DNA of 64,000 nt from the NCBI GenBank assembly GCA_964016885.1, contig OZ024765.1, forward strand, positions 21,700,001 to 21,764,000. The letters run 5' to 3'. This document shows positions 27,635 through 40,504 of this stretch, one piece after another. Position numbers and translations under genes: made by a program. Source of the DNA: Eledone cirrhosa. Taxonomy: Eukaryota. The notes below the pieces were generated by a model. That model did no database searches and was not told where the DNA came from. It worked only from the letters and a program-made list of their open reading frames with translations. How positions within the stretch are numbered: position 1 is the stretch's first letter; each line of letters starts with the position of its first letter.

Positions 27635-27913
27635 AGAGAGAGAGAGAGAGAGACATTATATATATAATATATTATATATATATATTATATATAATATATA
27701 TATATATATATTATATATATAATATATATATATATATTATATATATAATATATATATATATATTATATATATAATATATATATATATATTATATATATAA
27801 TATATATATATATATTATATATATAATATATATATATATATTATATATATAATATATATATATATATTATATATATAATATATATATATATATTATATAT
27901 ATAATATATATAT
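27573..27913. repeat. (GA)n followed by AT-only tandem repeat
   Basis: Direct inspection. Confidence 0.95.
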
Positions 27914-27914
27914 A

Positions 27915-30318
27915 GTTATACTTGGGGAGGGTCATATTTGTGTAATATTGCCAGAATTAATAACAGAACACACTCCCTGTTTGGTTGGTTTTCTCTTCTC
28001 GCTTCTGTGTCTTTTATATCGGTAATCTAACTTACTCGGTCCTCAATGTTGCCATTGACTGACCGACGGTCAAAAATAATACAGATACAATATAGACACA
28101 AACACATATATATAGTTTATCATAAATCTTTCGTTGCACATCTGCAACATCGTCAGTGGTGCTATTGTTTCCTCCCGTTACATTGTATGTCTACGCCATC
28201 TTTATTTAGTCTGTTTATATATTTATTTATTTATTTGTTTGTTTATTTTATTTTGTCTTCTTTGCGCATGCGTTTACGTGTGTGTATAGTGTTTTGTTTG
28301 ATGTGTGTTCATGATTGGGTGACTGTGTATTGGTTAATGTATTCTATCTTTACTAGTGTGTGTTTATGTGTTTGTTGTTATTGTGCTTGTGTATGTATTT
28401 ATTTATCTATTTATACTTCTCTTAGGTCAGTGTTGTTTGTTTGGGTGTTGTTGTTATTTCATTCATTTTTTCTGTTTAGCTTTGGCTTTCTAAGTTCTAT
28501 ATCACTGGCATCTGATTTGCCTATCTGCTGGGTCACTTCTATGTTTAGATATTATTCTAATTTCTATGTTGTCTGGCATGTTCGTATAGTACTGACCCGT
28601 TTTTTCGTCCGTTTAGTTCCCCCCAGTGTTGGTCTATCCTTTCACCTATGCTACGAGCTGTCTCGCCTATGTATGTTGTTGTCATGTTTCTGCAAGTACC
28701 CTCTGTACATCTTATGCTATAGACTGCGTTTCTAGTTTTACAGTTTATCCGGGGGGTTTACCTTACATGATACATTTCCTATTAGTACAGTGGATTTTCT
28801 TAAAAGAGTAGGTTTTGCTGATCAGGGATTTTATGGTGGCTCCTAGCTTTTCCACCACCTTAATCTTTAAGTGGGTCTTTCTCAGGGCCTTTCTACACTG
28901 GTTAGCTAATTTCCCTCCAAAGGTAGCGTCCACGAACATGACACTCTTATATCTCTGGTTGTCGTACCATGAGGTGGCTTTCCCTATCTAAGCTATTCCA
29001 TGATTTGCTCCTGTATAATGGGCAAATTCCTTTCATGTCCAGTTCTATGAGGGTCTTATACTTCTCCATGGCTCCTTCGTATACTCTGACTCTGTCTCTT
29101 TGGTTGTAGCCAGAGAACTGCATGCGGTTGATGAAGTGTTGGATGGGTCTTTCCATTTCTGTTGGGTCGCACATGCGGGACACATTCTTCATCACTCGTA
29201 CCAAATCTGCGATCAGAATATTAAACTTAGCACTACTGGACATTGCTGAGTTTTTGAGTATCAGGTATTTGGAGGCCATGGGTTTAGCATAGTGTGAGTG
29301 GAGAATTTGGGCTCTCTCGTCTATAGTGTTAATCCAGAGTTCTGTGTCTAATACAGGTAGTCTATTGTTAGCGTGTTTGGAAGGGTAGTCGATAGTTACA
29401 GTTATACTCTGGTGTATGGAATTAGCTATCTGCTGGATGCTTTCCATTATGCTACGTTCTAAATCAAACTTGTTAGTGCTCTCTAGTAGGGATGTTCTTG
29501 TAACTATATTGATATCGTCTACGTAACGAGAGTACATGATGAGGTCTATGGAGCTTTCATTAAGGAGATCTTTAAGTCTCCTTTCCCACCATACCATAAA
29601 AAGCTTGGCAACATCACCAGCTATGCTGACGCCAATGGCTGCTCCCTCATTTTGGGTGTAGATCTTCTCGTTGAACTTGAATATGTGGTCCTGGGGACAT
29701 CTTGATTATGGGGTGTATAACCATTGAGAGGAAGTAGGAGATCCTGTAGTTGCTAGCTATATTAGCTCCGCATACGGGTCTTGTTGGTGGTCCTGTTGTC
29801 GGGTCGTCGACTGTCTTGTGGTCTTTGCGGAGCCCATACAAGGGTGGTATGCCATTGTTAGACGCCTGGAAGTTGTTGGCAGTGCGTCTGTTTGGCTTTA
29901 GGATGTCAGTCCACATCATCATGTGAGCATTGAGGATTTTCTCTCTCCCATCGTGTGTTTGTTGTGCAATTTCGCTCGTGTTGATGATGTGGGGTTGCAT
30001 AGCCTTGATGTAGTTCAGCATGCTATCTATTGACATCCTACCAGACTTATCCGTGGGTAGACATACTACCTCACCATCCCTTGTGCGCTGCTTGAGACTA
30101 ACCAAGCCTTCTACAGGTTTCCTCCCAAGTTGTTGGGCCTCTGGTCTGCTCTGTCTCTTAGTATACCGGTCTACTATTTGTCTAATCTTATTTCTAGCTA
30201 TGGTGAACTGTGCCTCTGTCTCGTCATCTATTTGTTGTGGTATGCAAACTCTTTTATTAAAGGGTAACCTCGTAGGATAGATATTACCCATCTTATATGT
30301 TTTGTCTCTCGCTCTCAT
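27915..30318 (-). mobile_element. Penelope-like element subfamily B (RT + GIY-YIG), 5'-truncated, internally deleted and frameshifted
   Basis: PTDKSGR, PPLYGLRKDHK, PTRPV, G.AIG, YSRYVDD, LPVLD motifs; GIY-YIG remnant at 28420-28800; (TA)n on both sides. Confidence 0.92.
28112..28165 (-). ncRNA. Penelope-associated hammerhead motif (subfamily B)
   Basis: rc: acca-CTGACGA-T-GTTGCA gatg TGCAAC-GAAAGATTTA-tgat. Confidence 0.6.
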
Positions 30319-30381
30319 ATATATATATATATATAGACATATCTAGATAGACATTATATATATATATATAGAGAGAGAGAG

Positions 30382-30427
<46 letters not shown>

Positions 30428-30433
<6 letters not shown>

Positions 30434-33400
30434 TTCTTTATTAGCCACAGGGGCACAAAAGAAGGGGGAAGTTTACATACAATAAAAACGTGTAAAATAT
30501 TATCACAAATGCAAATTAAAAGTTAATCGATTTTCCCCAATAGGGGGAGACATTATATATGGGTAACACATACCCCCGAAAAAAATGTGCAACCCTCATC
30601 TCCAGGAGTACGAAGAGTTTGTGTACCCCTTTCCTCAACCTACAGGCTGATATAGAGAGAAGGCCCATTCACTCGGGCCCTTCTCGCCACTTTCACCCAC
30701 CGTTCATAAAACTTGCTGGGGTACAGCACCTCTCTCTCCATCCTGATTCTTCTTCTAAAATGGTATTTGAAAAAAAGAATCAGTTGTTGGCCGGAGAGAA
30801 AGGTGTCTGACCTCAGCCCTTTCAACCTTGTCCACCATACAATCTCTTTCGCCATAGCTATCACACAAAGGAAAACCGCCTCTCCTTCATTTTTGGAGGA
30901 GGGTGGCAGTTTGATCATGACAATGGACTCGGTGGTCAACTGGATTGGTCCCACCCGCGACAATAGTCGTTCTACATAGCCCCACAGGTCGGTAACGCCC
31001 AGGCAGTGTATGAATGTGTGCGCGACGGTTTCCTCGTCGCGCACGCATCTCAGACATCTTTTTCGAAGGGTCCTGCCCGGGCGCCCATGTCTGTAGAGCT
31101 TGTCTCGAACTGGTAGAGCTCCTCGGTAGCACTGCCAGGCCAGGGACTTTTGGAAGTTGTCCATCGGTCCCGGGCGGAAGGTCCTACCGAACAGACTGGC
31201 CAGTTCGTCTTCCTCCACACCTAGAGTTTCTCCGAGCGCGTCGTCGCACTTGCTGCGGACCAACCCTCTATAGAATGATGAAGTGGAGTCTCCACTGATC
31301 GCCGGGTCTGTTTGCCAGAGGGCTGAGCGCCTGAGCACATTCGATATGCCAGTCACCCATTTTCCTGTCTTTGCTTGACCCAGGACTGCAGTTCGGTCAG
31401 CGAGACGAGTCGTGGGAAAGCTCGCCTCACGAACGAGGCCCACACCGGTTGTCCGGTGAGGAATACGTAGAGATGCCGCAGCCTAAGCGTGTGTTTGCGC
31501 ATCATCATCCCCAGCCCTCCGTTTGAAGGGTGTTGGCAGCAGATGGATCTTCTCACTAAAGGAGCCCGCCGAGACCTGGAGATTTGCGTTTGCCGCATTG
31601 GCTCAGCGCGTCCCCCATCTCAGCGGCTGAAATCGGCCTTTCGCAGAACTTTGCCTCGCTGTCCGAGAGTTGCGGTAGGTCGTCGAGGTATGGACCGAAA
31701 TCCATAGCCCCTCCCGGTGTGCCGCCCTGCCCGGACAGCTGAGCAAAGGCCACTGAAAGGCCGCGCACATCTGCTTCAGCTCACATATCACACGTCTGTC
31801 TTGGTCCTTCAAAGACTGAATCGTGGACTTCTTGCCACTTTTTGCTTCCGTCACTCGGGCCCAGCTAACAGCTTTGGCTCCCTCGTTACCCAGAGCACGT
31901 ATTTTGCATCTGACAACGCAGCCCTCATGCTTTGAGTCGAAGAACTGGTCCAAGACCGTTCTCGTTGCTAGCACGCTGGCTACGTTGCCACTTCTACTTT
32001 ATCTACCAATTCCTTCTCGGTCCTATTTCTATCTATCGCTAATTCTTTACTAAAAACTAAGGAGTCTAATCTAACTTCCCTCTTGAGAGAGTACCACCAT
32101 CTGTTGTTGACAATGGCCCCTGTCAAGTGCTGTTTAACTAAAGTGCTAATCCGCTTACTGTAAGCTTTGTTTGTCGGTAAGGACAAGTTTAGCTTCCAGT
32201 AACCGGGTCCTTGTCTATGGGTTCTATCAAGGTTGACCACTCTGGTCACCAACTTGTGATTCGAATAGTCAACCAGGAACATTCGTGGACAGCTTAATAT
32301 GTCCCTATCCTTGTTTCTAACTAGGAACCTACCTAGGTACAACCTAGATGTTGCGCTGCGATTAGTCCACGTCCACAGCCGGAAAGTCTAGTCGATATCT
32401 ACCGGCCAGATCAAATCGGCCGATTAACCGTTTGAGGCTGTTACACCCCCCCTCTATCGGGACATGCCCCTACATAGTCCCAACGTGCACCATTCCAGTC
32501 CCCCACTAAAAGCAAGGAGCAGGATGTTCCCAGAAAAGTCTTTAGATGTTGGAAGAAGTCCGGTCGCGGTGTCCCAGATGGGGCATACGCTGCCACCAGC
32601 CTGAAGGCTCCACCTTCGCTACTGCCAATGTCTAGAACCACCAGTCGACCCTCCGGGTCCAGGTGTACCTTCCGTGTTGCGAGGCCCAGGTGTTTTCGCA
32701 GCAGAACGACCACCACGCCCCCACCCCCCGGCTGACAGAGAGATGCATAGATCTCAAAGTCGTCGAAGACGGGGGCCAGTTGGTGCTTGCTGCTGATTCT
32801 GGACTCACAAATAGCTATCACATCCATTCTGTGCGACCTGAGTTCATTTAAGAGTTTGCCCTGCTTCCAGGACATCCCCAGGCCGCGCACATTTAAACAT
32901 CCAACTCCTATAACAGCCATGTTGGTGGTGAAGAATTAAAGTGGAGAAAAGGGAAAAGACACCTACCTGTCCTCCTGGGGACCAGGCTGCACACTTTCCA
33001 TGGGGGTGTCAGAGGGGTTGTTTGGTGGGGTGGTGGTTTGGGATGTAGTGGGGACATCAGTGTGTGTGTGGTGGGGTGGGGGTGTTTGCGGTGGTGATGG
33101 GGAAACATTTCAAGAGGACGCGATTGATGGGTCGAGTACAGGGGTTCCCCACGTCCTCGGGGAAGTTCTGTTTGACCATTGCGTAGGTGTCCCTTGGGAC
33201 CCTAATCATTTTTAAATGCGGTTTAGTCGCTGCGTTGGTGAACATTTTCCCTTCGGTTTCCACCGAAGGGTCTTTGTCTATTGTTTGCACAAGTGTTTTG
33301 TTGTTTGTGTTGATGTATGTATACTGTTTTTGTTGTGTTGTGTTGTGTTTGTTTTTGTTTGTTGTTCTTGTGTTTGCGTTTTGTAGTATGTGTTATGTTT

Positions 33401-33709
33401 TCGGGAGGGTTGGGTTTTTTTTGTGATGTTTGTTCTGGTGGTTGTGTGTTTGTTGCATTTTTGTTAATGTGGTGCCTTTTCTTTCTTTTTACTGGTTGAA
33501 AGGGTTCTCCCTCGTCGTCACTGGGTGACGTTGATAAGGGGTCCTCGTCCGTGTTGTTGGGGAGGGGTTTAAATTTTGGGGTTTTGTTGTGGTTGCGGGT
33601 GCTTTTGTATTTGTTTTAGGTGGGGAGGGGTTGGGTGGGACGGTGTCTTGTGTTATTTTTTCGTGTTGTGGTGGTGGTTGTGTTGTTGTGTGGGGTGGGC
33701 AGGAGCGTC

Positions 33710-33740
<31 letters not shown>

Positions 33741-35170
33741 GCATTTAAAAGAGGACAAGAAGCCCTCAGGTGACCACTTCTTGAACAGTGGTAGCATGAA
33801 GGCCGCCTGCCCTCAACAGAAATGTTTATGAAGGCAACTCCATCCAGGGACACCCGCTGCGGCATTCTTGCTATCCGTTCTGGTCTCATTTGGACCAGAA
33901 CTTCAAGGCTATTGCCGCCGAATACGCCCCCCGGTGGATTTGCCTATTGAGAGGATTGTGTCCTCATAGTCTAAGAATCCTGTTAGCACCCACCAAATAC
34001 TTGCATTTGGCCTGATGCCCGAGATTCTTATCCTTTGAGTTCTTTTCCCCAAATATGTGGGGAAAAAGGTGTATGATTTAGATACAATTGGCAATAGACT
34101 ATTTCCGTGCCGCCAATTGATCTTTCATTAGCACAGATATGCTTCCATACAGTTTCCCTTTCTGTATGAAAGCGATATCTTTCCAGGCACTACTTAGGAC
34201 CAGCTAAATTTCGCTTTGGGATAATTGAGCCGGTTTCCTAGTTGCGTTGGAAATTGTCCTAAAGATTAAAGTCCTCAGGACCGTGTCTTTTCTAATTTCT
34301 TCGGGGGAGGTAATTGTGAATTCCCCACCTTCCCCAAAAGTTACACAATTTCTTGCCTCCTTCAGCAACTCCCTGGCATTCGAGATGTCCAGTGCCTTGT
34401 AAGTCTGTGTCTCTCGGACCGCCTGTGCGAAAGAGACTCCAGTCGTGGGTCCGCTCTCTTTCGTGTTGTTGTTATCATTATTATTGTTGTTGTTGTCACT
34501 GATGTTGATATTGTTCGTATTTTCCTTGGTGTTGGTGTTGTAGTTGTCTTTGATGCTGGTATTATTGGTGTTGTCTTTATTTTTTTTCTTTGTTGTTGTC
34601 ATTGTTGTTTTTATCATCATTATTGGTGTTGTTTTTGTTGTCATTGTACTGTTTGGTGTCATTTGTGTCGTTTGGATTTGAATTTGTTTTTACAATTTCA
34701 TTTTGTCATTCCATCTCCATAGTGTCTTTTTCATGTGTATCTATGTTAATGGGTTTAATTTCTGTGTTTTCATGTGAGTTTGTGTCATTTTTCTCCACTT
34801 CGACGGTAGAAATTGTACAATTTTCGAGCGGTAACATTTTTTTCCTCTTTGTTGACAGTCGTATCTATGGCGACGTACATAGTAGCAGAAGCAGATATAA
34901 CGTTAATATCTGCTTCTTTCTCTCTTTTTTCTCTATCGACGTTCTCCAGCGTTCTTGCGTTGTTCAAGTCATATAGTCGGCAAAATTTGATATTTTAAAA
35001 CAATTTTTAAAATAAAATTTTCGCCCCTAAATGGGATTACCACCCAGCTGACAATTCAGCTTGGGGGTTAATCTACAAAATAATGTGTTTTTTTCAAACA
35101 ATTTGTTCTGTTTTTCGTATATAAATTTACAAAAAATATTACCGGCAATGTTTCACGCGTCAGACAGAAA
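30428..35170 (-). mobile_element. L1/Tx1-like non-LTR retrotransposon, apparently retaining both ends but with the RT core deleted; degenerate
   Basis: ORF1 fragments ~34967-33000 with CCHC knuckle CYHCSRSGHLRASCP; ORF2 from 32920 has an APE endonuclease (CLNVRGL, ICESR, AAYAP, VGDWN, SNHKLV, GPGYWKLN), KSPGL, then the C-terminal Zn region (C.RC...ETVAH.F.HC); AATAAA at the 3' end. Confidence 0.92.
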
Positions 35171-35277
35171 GAGATAGATAGATAGACATTATATATATAT
35201 ATATATATAGATAGTAGATAGATAGATAGATAGATAGAAAGAGAGAGTCATATATATATATAGATAGGCTTTATATA

Positions 35278-35311
<34 letters not shown>

Positions 35312-35689
35312 CAGATCAGAGCAAACATCACGGATGCTCTATATCTCAAAATTATTTTTGAAAAGCATTTAGAAATGCGCAACCGGTAAAACTTAAAACC
35401 AAAACTGATTACTAACCAATACAATTACTAATTCTCACTTATTCCTAATTAAACTATTTTTCACTGTGAACAATTTGTCAGCATTTTCTATTCCGTTTAC
35501 CAATATATATATATATATAGATAGGCTTTATATAAATTTATAGAGAGAGAGAGAAAAAGAGAGAGAGAGTCATATATATATAGATAGATAGATAGGCTTT
35601 ATATAAATTTATAGAGAGAAAGAGAGAGTCATATATATATATATAGATAGATAGATAGGCTTTATATATATTTATAGAGAGAGAGAGTC

Positions 35690-35720
<31 letters not shown>

Positions 35721-35746
35721 TATAGATAGGCTTTATATAAATTTAT

Positions 35747-35778
<32 letters not shown>

Positions 35779-35924
35779 TCATATATAGATAGATAGATAG
35801 GCTTTATATATATTTATATAGTTAGAGGAAAGGACAGAGAAAGATAAATAGACATCAAGACATCAACATGATTTAAAACTGAGGAATGGTGACTGGGTGG
35901 GGTTAAGGAAAATAATAATAATAA

Positions 35925-36135
35925 TTTCAGATTTAGGCACAAGGCCATCAGCTTTGTGGGAGGGGGAAGTTGATTAAATCAACCCCAGTGTGTGACTGGT
36001 ACTTTATTTTATCAACCCTGAAAGGATGAAAGGCAAAGCTAACCTCGGTGGGATCTGAACTCAGAACATAAAGGGCCATAACTCTATGCCACGAAGCATA
36101 TTGTCCGACGCTCTACCGATTCTGCTACCAACCCA
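35925..36135 (-). mobile_element. SINE family 2
   Basis: Similar to 23317-23500. Confidence 0.75.
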
Positions 36136-36449
36136 CCAATAATAATAATAATTCAGCAGTATAGTATTGTTTTAATTTTGTTGTGTTTAGAAGTAATTAT
36201 ATCATCATCACTGTTCCAAGTCTCTCGTCCATACCAGCATGGGTTTGACAGGCTGTTGTGTGCTGAGGCCAGGACCTGTCAGGTGACTATGTCCTAAATC
36301 CTGTTCTGGCTGGGTCCCTACAACTGCCCTTTCTAATTACAACCACCTTACAGCAGCCTGTATTGGCTGTGGGGTGGGGTTTTAATAACCACACACCAGC
36401 AGCGCCCCTACCACTTTACACAGACAGCTAAATGCGTTTTCCAATATAT

Positions 36450-36737
36450 TCATACACACACATACACATATATATACATACACATATATATACATACACA
36501 TATATATACATACATACACATATATATATATATATACACACATACACATATATATATATATATATACACACATACACACATACACACACACACATATATA
36601 TACATACACATATATATATATATATACATACACATATATATATATATACACATATATATATATATATATATACACATATATATATATATATACACATATA
36701 TATATATATATATATACACATATATATATATATATAT

Positions 36738-36796
<59 letters not shown>

Positions 36797-36861
36797 CACA
36801 TATATATATATATATATACACATATATATATATATACACATATATATATATATATATACAC

Positions 36862-36914
<53 letters not shown>

Positions 36915-36935
36915 CACATATATATATATATATAT

Positions 36936-36978
<43 letters not shown>

Positions 36979-37013
36979 TACATATATATATATACACATA
37001 TATACATATATAT

Positions 37014-37088
<75 letters not shown>

Positions 37089-37325
37089 CATATATATATA
37101 TATATATACACACATATATATATATATATATACATACACATACATATACATACATATATATATACATACACATATATATATATACATACACATCTATATA
37201 TATACACACACATATATACACACACATACATACACACACACATACATACACACACACACACACATATATATATACATACACACATATATATATATATATA
37301 CATAAACATATATACATATATATCT
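36450..37325. repeat. (TA)n/(CA) compound microsatellite
   Basis: Direct inspection. Confidence 0.97.
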
Positions 37326-37639
37326 ACTTTTCCATGCTTGCAAGGGTCTCTCTCTGTGTACATATATTATACATACATCAATATATATATACACCTGTTC
37401 TAGGTAACAGGTGTATATATACTGAGACACTGTCATAAATGTATATTTCCTCTCCATATCTAAAATAAATTCATTTTATTTTAGATATGGAGGGGAGGAA
37501 AAAAAAAGAAAAAAGTTTAGTATAACATCAGATCAGAATTGTCTACAGCAGAAACCACGGCTGTGGGGGCCACAAAACCTCTCCCCTCTCTTCTCCACTC
37601 ATTCTCTTTCTTCAGGTATTACAGAAATTTGAAAAGAAA

Positions 37640-39335
37640 TTCCCAGTTCACACCTATGTAGGTTTAACTGACCCCTAACGAGGTTTCTCAGGTGTCTTAA
37701 TGATAAGGTCCCATTCTCAGTTCACACCTATGTAGGTTTAACTGACCTCTAACGAGGTTTCTCAGGTGTCTTAATGATAAGGTCCCATTACCAGTTCACA
37801 CCTATGTAGGTTTAACTGACCCCTAACAAGGTTTCTCAGGTGTCTTAATGATAAGGTCCCATTCCCAGTGCACACCTATGTAGGTTTACATCACCCCTAA
37901 CGAGGTTTCTCAGGTGTCTTAATGATAAGGTCCCATTCCCAGTTCACACCTATGTAGGTTTAACTGACCCCTAACAAGGTTTCTCAGGTGTCTTAATGAT
38001 AAGGTCCCATTCCCAGTTCACACCTATGTAGGTTTAACTGACCTCTAACGAGGTTTCTCAGGTGTCTTAATGATAAGGTCCCATTACCAGTTCACACCTA
38101 TGTAGGTTTAACTGACCTCTAACGAGGTTTCTCAGGTGTCTTAATGATAAGGTCCCATTCCCAGTGCACACCTATGTAGGTTTAACTGACCCCTAACGAG
38201 GTTTCTCAGGTGTCTTAATGATAAGGTCCCATTCCCAGTTCACACCTATGTAAGTTTAACTGACCCCTAACAAGGTTTCTCAGGTGTTTTAATGATAAGG
38301 TCTCATTCCCTGTTCACACCTATGTAGGTTTAACTGACCCCTAACGAGGTTTCTCAGGTGTCTTAATGATAAGGTCCCATTCCCAGTTCACACCTATGTA
38401 GGTTTAACTGACCCCTAACGAGGTTTCTCAGGTGTCTTAATGATAAGGTCCCATTCCCAGTTCACACCTATGTAGGTTTAACTGACCCCTAACGAGGTTT
38501 CTCAGGTGTCTTAATGATAAGGTCCCATTCCCAGTTCACACCTATGTAGGTTTAACTGACCCCTAACGAGGTTTCTCAGGTGTCTTAATAAGGTCCCATT
38601 CCCAGTTCACACCTATGTAGGTTTAACTGACCCCTAACAAGGTTTCTCAGGTGTCTTAATGATAAGGTCCCATTCCCAGTTCACACCTATGTAGGTTTAA
38701 CTGACCTCTAACGAGGTTTCTCAGGTGTCTTAATGATAAGGTCCCATTCCCAGTTCACACCTATGTAGGTTTAACTGACCCCTAACAAGGTTTCTCAGGT
38801 GTGAACTGGGAATGAGACCTTATTAAAACACCTATGTAGGTTTAACTGACCCCTAACGAGTTTTATCAGGTGTCTTAATGATAAGGTCCCATTCCCAGTT
38901 CACACCTATGTAGGTTTAACTGACCCCTAACAAGGTTTCTCAGGTGTTTTAATGATAAGGTCTCATTCCCAGTTCACACCTATGTAGGTTTAACTGACCC
39001 CTAACGAGGTTTATCAGGTGTCTTAATGATAAGGTCCCATTCCCAGTTCACACCTATGTAGGTTTAACTGACCCCTAACAAGGTTTCTCAGGTGTTTTAA
39101 TGATAAGGTCTCATTCCCAGTTCACACCTATGTAGGTTTAACTGACCCCTAACAAGGTTTCTCAGGTGTCTTAATGATAAGGTCCCATTCCCAGTTCACA
39201 CCTATGTAGGTTTAAACTCACCTCTCACGAGGTTTATCAGGTTTTTTATAAAAGTCCCATTCCCAGTTCATACCTATGTAGGTTTACATCACCCCTAACG
39301 AGGTTTCTCAGGTGTTTTAATGACAAGGTCCCAGT
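37640..39335. repeat. 74-bp satellite, ~23 copies
   Basis: Unit cccagttcacacctatgtaggtttaactgacccctaacgaggtttctcaggtgtcttaatgataaggtcccatt. Confidence 0.97.
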
Positions 39336-40395
39336 TCTAACAAACATACCCAAGTATAATATTATTTGAGTAAGTATACATGTGTATATATACACACACA
39401 CTGTGTATATATAATATCGACAATCAAAGAAAGTAATTTTTAGAGTAATTTCTCTTGTTTTTCTTCAGTTTTCATTTAGGTCAGAAACTGGGATATGTTG
39501 ACCTTTTTTTAAGGTCAGAAACTGGGATATGTTGACCTTAATCTAATTTCTGAAACTGCTTTCATAGATTTCGGAGAATATACTGACTCGCTAATAACTT
39601 TAGGTCACAGAGGGTCTTTCACTAATTGACCTCATTTTCAGGGCTTTAGGTCAGAGAAAGGTCTTCTGACTGACCATATTTTGGGGGCATTAGGGAAAGG
39701 ACTTCCTCTGATTGACCTCATTTTGGGGACTTAAGGTCAGAGAAGGGTCTTCCTCTGACTGACCTTATCTTATTTCAGAGAATGAAAGAGGCGAGAGGGG
39801 GAAGTGACATTCACAGTCAACAGGTAGATATCTTCCTTTCTTTCTTTATTACCACCTGTCACACCTGACAGGTAAATCCTCATCAATCACACCTGATAAC
39901 CATAACCACAGGTAGATCATCATTAGTCACACCTGATCATGATGACAGGTATGTCATCATCATCATCATCATCATCATTATCACCTGTCACAAATAACAA
40001 CATTCACAGGTGATCATCATCATCACCACTAACATTTATCACCTGTCACAGGTAGATAATAATAATCATCATCATTATCACCTGTCACACCTGATAACAT
40101 TCACAGGTCGATCATCATCAGTCACACCTGACAATAATAATCACAGGTAGATAATAATCATCATCACCAACATTGTCACCTGATAATCTTCACCAACATC
40201 CTCGTCGTCAGTCACACCTGACAACAATAATGTTAATTACAGGTAAAGAGAAAGAGAGAGAGAGAGAAAGAGAGAAAGAGAAATGTGTATGTGAGAGAGG
40301 GGGGGGGTCTGAGAGAGAAATATCACATTTTTCTGTGGTCTTTCGGTAAATTTCTTCTTCTTCCAAATTCTTTCGTTCCAGAAATTCTTCGACAT

Positions 40396-40434
40396 TCATT
40401 CATCTTTGGCTTTCTTCTCCTCTTTTCGGTCGTA
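40396..40434 (-). CDS. INSIG: INSIG coding exon 5 (YDRKEEKKAKDE*)
   Basis: Strong polypyrimidine tract + TAG acceptor, phase 0; starts with Y as in vertebrate INSIG last exons; ends in a KxKxx ER-retrieval motif. Confidence 0.8.
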   Translation of the reverse strand, partial: YDRKEEKKAKDE

Positions 40435-40504
40435 CTAAAGAAAGAGAGAAAGAAAACACATAGTATATTGAGTGCATCACCACCACCACCATAATTTAAC
40501 CCTT

